DNA of 64,000 nucleotides from Candidatus Poribacteria bacterium (GTDB lineage Bacteria; Poribacteria; WGA-4E; WGA-3G): NCBI GenBank assembly GCA_965242965.1, contig OZ251518.1, positions 4,992,001 to 5,056,000 of the forward strand, read 5' to 3'. Shown piece by piece: positions 60,059 to 64,000 of this stretch (position 1 is its first letter; each line of letters starts with the position of its first letter). The notes under the pieces were generated by a model. It saw only the letters and a program-made list of their open reading frames with translations, ran no database searches and was not told where the DNA came from. The position numbers and the translations under genes were made by a program.

Positions 60059-62488
60059 TCAAAATTCCACTGTCAGTCCGAGATACGGGATGATGGGAAA
60101 TTGCCCTACCTCTTCCACGCTGCCATCCTCAGGATTCGTAAATCGCATGACATTTCGCCGATTATAGGCGTTCAAAATTTCCAGGAACCCGCCTATCTTC
60201 CAACCGTCGAAATCCCATTTTTTGCTTATCCGCACATCCAACCGATGGTAGGATGGCAGCGCAATTAAGTCGTCATCTTCAGTTTCAAAGGGTAGTTTGC
60301 GCATCCCGCGCGTAACCGGATCTTGGATTAAGAAGATATCGGCGATTGGAACGTCGGATGTGCCGCTGGAATACTGCCACTTCGCCCCTATATCAAACGT
60401 CGGCGAGAAATTGTAACTCGCCACGATGCTGACGACGCTGGTGTTGTCAAAGAGGTAGGGTTGATACTCGGCTTCGGGATGCGCTCGGCGTTCCGCGTGT
60501 GTCCACGCATACGAAATCCAGCCGAAAAATTTATCGGTGATACGGTGCCGCAGGAACATCTCCGCGCCACCGACATACCCCACACCCTGATTGAGATACC
60601 CTTCGGCTTCATCCGGCGTTACCAAATCTGCCTGCGTTTTGTAATACCCCGCCAACTTAAGTTCGGTTTGAGAGGTGAGCTCCTGCTCCAATTCCACGAT
60701 GTAGTGGCTGGTGACGCTTGAGGTTAACGCCGGATTTCCGTCTTCCGCAAGCATTTCATTCGGTTTCGGGCTCTGTTCATACCGTCCGTAAGCGAGACGC
60801 AGGTCTGCACCACTCGGCATTTTGATGGCAAGACTGGCGCGCGGCTGCACCGAGATTTCGTCTGTTATGTTGAGGTAATCTAGCCGAACGCCCAGTGCCG
60901 CCGATAGAAATGAAGACGGTTCATATCGCGTTTGGAGGTAACCTTCGGCACGGCGAAACTGTTTGTTGAATTCGTCGCGAGTTTCCTCGGTCCGCGTCTC
61001 CTGTAAAAAAGTCCCTTCGCTGCCATCGGGTTCGTTCCTGAAGACAACTGCCTCGTCTCCATCCGCCCGAGCCTCTTCAAGCAATTCTCCCAGGTCTTCG
61101 CCTTCTGGCACTTCCGTTTCCTCGGTGACTGGCAGATTGGTGTAAGAAAAACTTGTCGCGGGGCTGATGGAAAAAAGAAACCCCGGTTCAAACTGAAGCG
61201 TCGGTGTGATTTTATATGACACGTCTTCGCGCAGCGTGTAAACGGGAACGTTCACTTGAATGTCATAGTGCGAATACTCAGTGGACTCCACTTCCCACTC
61301 ACCGTCTGGGCCCCGTGCAAAAGTCTCGTCTGTCACCAGATCGAAGTCAACGTTGAGAAAATTGTGGGAACGCGTGAGAGAGAGGTGTGAGGTAAGCTCT
61401 TCCGTGAAATGCGAACGGAGATGTATCCCTTGTGCCTCAAACCCGTTTTTGAAATAGGCAGAAGAAGACGAGCCTTCAACGCCTTCGGGGGTTGAAAGCG
61501 TGGTTTCAGAGTCTGCATCCGCTGCGATGATGTCAAATTCAAAATGATCGGCGGCACCAAAGGCGTTGAGCGTCAGGTGATGCTTCTCCGCCACGTCGTG
61601 GGCATATTTGAATTGGTAATCTGAAAAGTAGGGCCACACGTTATTTCCCTCTATGAACTGACCGGCCACGAGGTCAAGGTAACTCCGCCGTCCAGAGAGA
61701 TAAACATATCCCTTCTCGCCGATTTGTCCTTCCAACAGCCCCTCCGAATAGAGGATATTGAGGTTGAAAGTGCCGCTGAATGTCTCGTCTTCCAATTTAT
61801 CCCGCGACCGGATGTCAATCACCGTTTGCGCATCCAACCCGAATTCCGCGCCGTAGCCGCCGGCGTAGATGTGGATGTCGTCAATAATTTCGGAACTGAT
61901 AGTTGAGACAATTCCGCCGTAGTGGAACGGATATCCCATTGGTGTCCGATCGAAATAGATGAGATTGTCGCCCGGCGCGCTCCCACGGATATAGAGCGAG
62001 CCAACAAAATCGTTTGGAATGCCGATGCTCGGCAGCGTCATGAGGCCCTTAAGCGCATCGCCACCGGTGCCGGGAAGACGTAGCAACTCACTGCCCCGAA
62101 TCTCCTGCCGACTCACGGTAGGTGGCACGCGCGCGCCTTCAATGATAACCTTCTCAAGTTCAAAGATTTCGCCGAGGTAGACTTTCACTTGTGTTGTATC
62201 GCCCACCCGCACCTCCAGCGTGACTTCCTTTGCCTCGGTATAGGTAGGATGCGAGATGGATAACGTGTAAGTTCCGGGTGCAACCTCGGTGAACCAAAAC
62301 GTCCCATCTTCGTCGGAGGTTTGGTGTTCGTCGGTTTCAAGCAGATGCACATCGGCATCGGCTAACGGCGCGCCGGTAATTTGTTCAGCGACGGTGCCTT
62401 GAATTGTCCCGGTTGCGGCGGGTTCGGATTGGGCAAAAACGGCTACTGGCACTGTGAGAACCAGCAGCAGCCAAAAAAAATGTTTCAC
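60059..62488 (-). CDS. TonB-dependent receptor with an N-terminal carboxypeptidase-regulatory-like domain
   Basis: Signal peptide, GTIQGTV, plug YIRGSAPGDN, GRRSYLD, YHRLDVR, NAYNRRN, C-terminal Phe; GTG start with RBS AAGGAG. Confidence 0.93.
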   Translation of the reverse strand: MKHFFWLLLVLTVPVAVFAQSEPAATGTIQGTVAEQITGAPLADADVHLLETDEHQTSDEDGTFWFTEVAPGTYTLSISHPTYTEAKEVTLEVRVGDTTQVKVYLGEIFELEKVIIEGARVPPTVSRQEIRGSELLRLPGTGGDALKGLMTLPSIGIPNDFVGSLYIRGSAPGDNLIYFDRTPMGYPFHYGGIVSTISSEIIDDIHIYAGGYGAEFGLDAQTVIDIRSRDKLEDETFSGTFNLNILYSEGLLEGQIGEKGYVYLSGRRSYLDLVAGQFIEGNNVWPYFSDYQFKYAHDVAEKHHLTLNAFGAADHFEFDIIAADADSETTLSTPEGVEGSSSSAYFKNGFEAQGIHLRSHFTEELTSHLSLTRSHNFLNVDFDLVTDETFARGPDGEWEVESTEYSHYDIQVNVPVYTLREDVSYKITPTLQFEPGFLFSISPATSFSYTNLPVTEETEVPEGEDLGELLEEARADGDEAVVFRNEPDGSEGTFLQETRTEETRDEFNKQFRRAEGYLQTRYEPSSFLSAALGVRLDYLNITDEISVQPRASLAIKMPSGADLRLAYGRYEQSPKPNEMLAEDGNPALTSSVTSHYIVELEQELTSQTELKLAGYYKTQADLVTPDEAEGYLNQGVGYVGGAEMFLRHRITDKFFGWISYAWTHAERRAHPEAEYQPYLFDNTSVVSIVASYNFSPTFDIGAKWQYSSGTSDVPIADIFLIQDPVTRGMRKLPFETEDDDLIALPSYHRLDVRISKKWDFDGWKIGGFLEILNAYNRRNVMRFTNPEDGSVEEVGQFPIIPYLGLTVEF

Positions 62489-62511
62489 AATGAGTTCTCC
62501 TTGTGATGAGG

Positions 62512-62604
62512 TTAACAGTTGGAAAGCACGGGGGGGGTCTTCAGGCCGGTGGGTTTCATGCGGACAGCAAAGCCCGCGAAGAGGAAAGCGAATGGGATTT
62601 TCAT
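62512..62604 (-). CDS. Leader ORF (30 aa) MKIPFAFLFAGFAVRMKPTGLKTPPVLSNC with a C8 tract
   Basis: Strong RBS AAAGGAG; G8 at 62530-62537 on the + strand. Confidence 0.6.
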   Translation of the reverse strand: MKIPFAFLFAGFAVRMKPTGLKTPPVLSNC

Positions 62605-62660
62605 TGGTTTGTCTCCTTTAAATTGACGTAAAGATGAAATCGGAATTAAACGTTGGATAT

Positions 62661-62689
62661 ATTATACTATTTTTTCGCGTTTTTGTCAA
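62661..62689 (-). promoter_or_regulatory. Sigma70 promoter for the leader and TBDR
   Basis: Perfect TTGACA-17-TATAAT. Confidence 0.82.
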
Positions 62690-62723
62690 ATTAAAAATGC
62701 GAGCAGGATGTGGAGCAGGATAT

Positions 62724-62945
62724 AAGCAGGATTTACAAGATTTCCAGGATTTCACAGGATTAGGTCTCTGGTGCGCCGGCGTGGTTGTGACCTGCCACGG
62801 GATGTTCGATGCATCAGCATCTATAATCGTGGTAAATCGTGATAAGAGGGACGATCAGGAAAACCTGAAGAGGGACGATCAGGAAAACCTGATCGTCTTG
62901 ACAGGCGTGACCGTCTTGACAGGCGTGACCGTGTAAATCCTGCTT
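62724..62945. repeat. Element bounded by a 14-bp inverted repeat, with internal tandem repeats
   Basis: AAGCAGGATTTACA / TGTAAATCCTGCTT; AAGAGGGACGATCAGGAAAACCTG x2; CGTCTTGACAGGCGTGAC x2. Confidence 0.75.
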
Positions 62946-62957
62946 CAGACGATTTGC

Positions 62958-63640
62958 ATGGCGAGGGCCAGGCCCTCGCCCTACGGTAAAGGGAGACGGC
63001 CGTTTACCGTAGCGCGGGGGCCTGTCCCCCGCGATCGCCCGACCTGCGCGAAAAACGCACGCCAGCCAAGGCCGTTTCCTCGACCGAGGCCCGGCGAGGG
63101 ACAGGCCCTCGCCCTACGGTGAAGTACCGTTTTTTTCCCGTAGCGCGGGGGCCTGTCCCCCGCGATCGCTCACGTGAAAAAATCTCTTCAGGTCCTTTAG
63201 GTCCTGCATGTCTATAGTCACCCGACTAAAAAAACACTAAGGGCCTTTAGGTCCTTAATATGCAGCACACGCAACGCGGCGAAAAGCATTAAGTCCTAAA
63301 TGACCTTGAGGGATACTGCATCGGCGCGGGCTATAGACATTAAGGTCCTACGGACCTATAGGCAAACCCTTTCCTGGCCCGTAGCGCGGGGGCCTGTCCC
63401 CCGCGAGTGCTCGCGTGCCCCAGTGACTGTAGTTCGGGCTCGCCTGATCCCGAACGGGCGCATGGCGAGGCGAACCCCTTCCGGGCCCGTAGCGCGGGGG
63501 CCTGTCCCCCGCGAGCGTCCGACCTGCGCGAAAACCGCATGTCGGCCAGGGCCGTTTTCCCGACCGAGGCCCGGCGAGGGCCAGGCCATCGCCCTACGGT
63601 AAGCGGTCCGTTTTTTCCCCGTAGCACGGGGTCTGTCCCC
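62958..63640. repeat. Large REP-like array
   Basis: GTAG hairpins plus AGGTCC-N3-GGACCT type units; ends at the Uma2 stop. Confidence 0.9.
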
Positions 63641-64000
63641 TATTCAAAAAGCAGCGATACCTCATAAGAGAAGCCTCCGACGACATCTTCGCCGGTGAGC
63701 GTATCTACGTCCGTGAGAAGCGTAAAGTCCTTGCCCGGACGATATACCGCCACGGTTTGCAACACCGGATTAACTACCCAGACTAACCGGGTGCCCGCCT
63801 CAAGATAGGCGATGACTTTCTCCGAAACCCGCGACTGTTTATCTGAAGGTGAGACTACCTCCACCGCCAGATCTGGCGGCACAGGAAAACTCTTGCTCTT
63901 GTCCTCCGGCAAACGTTCAGTTGAGACAAAGGCGATGTCCGGGACCAGGACTTGTGTTCCCACCCGGAAGCCTGTATCCGAGGTGTAGACGCGTCCCAAT
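63640..64000 (-). CDS. Uma2 family endonuclease, 5' end outside window
   Basis: PDIAFVS, PPDLAVEVVSPSD, YLEAGTRLVWVV. Confidence 0.92.
   Translation of the reverse strand, partial: LGRVYTSDTGFRVGTQVLVPDIAFVSTERLPEDKSKSFPVPPDLAVEVVSPSDKQSRVSEKVIAYLEAGTRLVWVVNPVLQTVAVYRPGKDFTLLTDVDTLTGEDVVGGFSYEVSLLFE

Noticed and set aside
62490-62660. Cobalamin or TPP riboswitch upstream of the TBDR
   Set aside because: I could not find the B12-box/GCCACTG or CTGAGA core motifs. The space is occupied by an RBS-led leader ORF.

Overview
Gene-dense bacterial chromosomal window of moderately high GC, mostly on the minus strand. The gene content (PhyH dioxygenase, lamin-tail/cadherin/FN3 surface protein, a C-terminal 'PxGxLxTTWxxLK'-type sorting motif, several Uma2 nucleases, a DUF6785-like membrane protein) suggests Candidatus Poribacteria; this is inference, not a database result. 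About 40 CDS are supported: a type IIG-like R-M gene running off the left edge, sbcDC, an IscA/ErpA-family gene plus a degenerate iscU, an HNH pair, a cyclase-AAA-TPR protein, an HtrA protease, MoxR, moaC, xylulokinase, trxB, thrB, pcm, sppA, a PorV-like barrel and a TonB-dependent receptor. Most larger intergenic gaps hold GTAG-type REP-like hairpin arrays, some bounded by terminal inverted repeats with target-site duplications. The most notable signal is a repeated architecture upstream of both large surface/outer-membrane genes: a consensus sigma70 promoter, an RBS, and a short leader ORF with a C8/C9 tract. A 1-nt slip in the tract would couple (ATGA overlap) or fuse the leader to the downstream gene, which makes it a candidate leader-based phase-variation or frameshift switch. 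Other highlights are a full-length P-type ATPase that has lost every catalytic motif and a T9SS-like envelope cluster. No rRNA, tRNA, CRISPR array or transposase was recognised.
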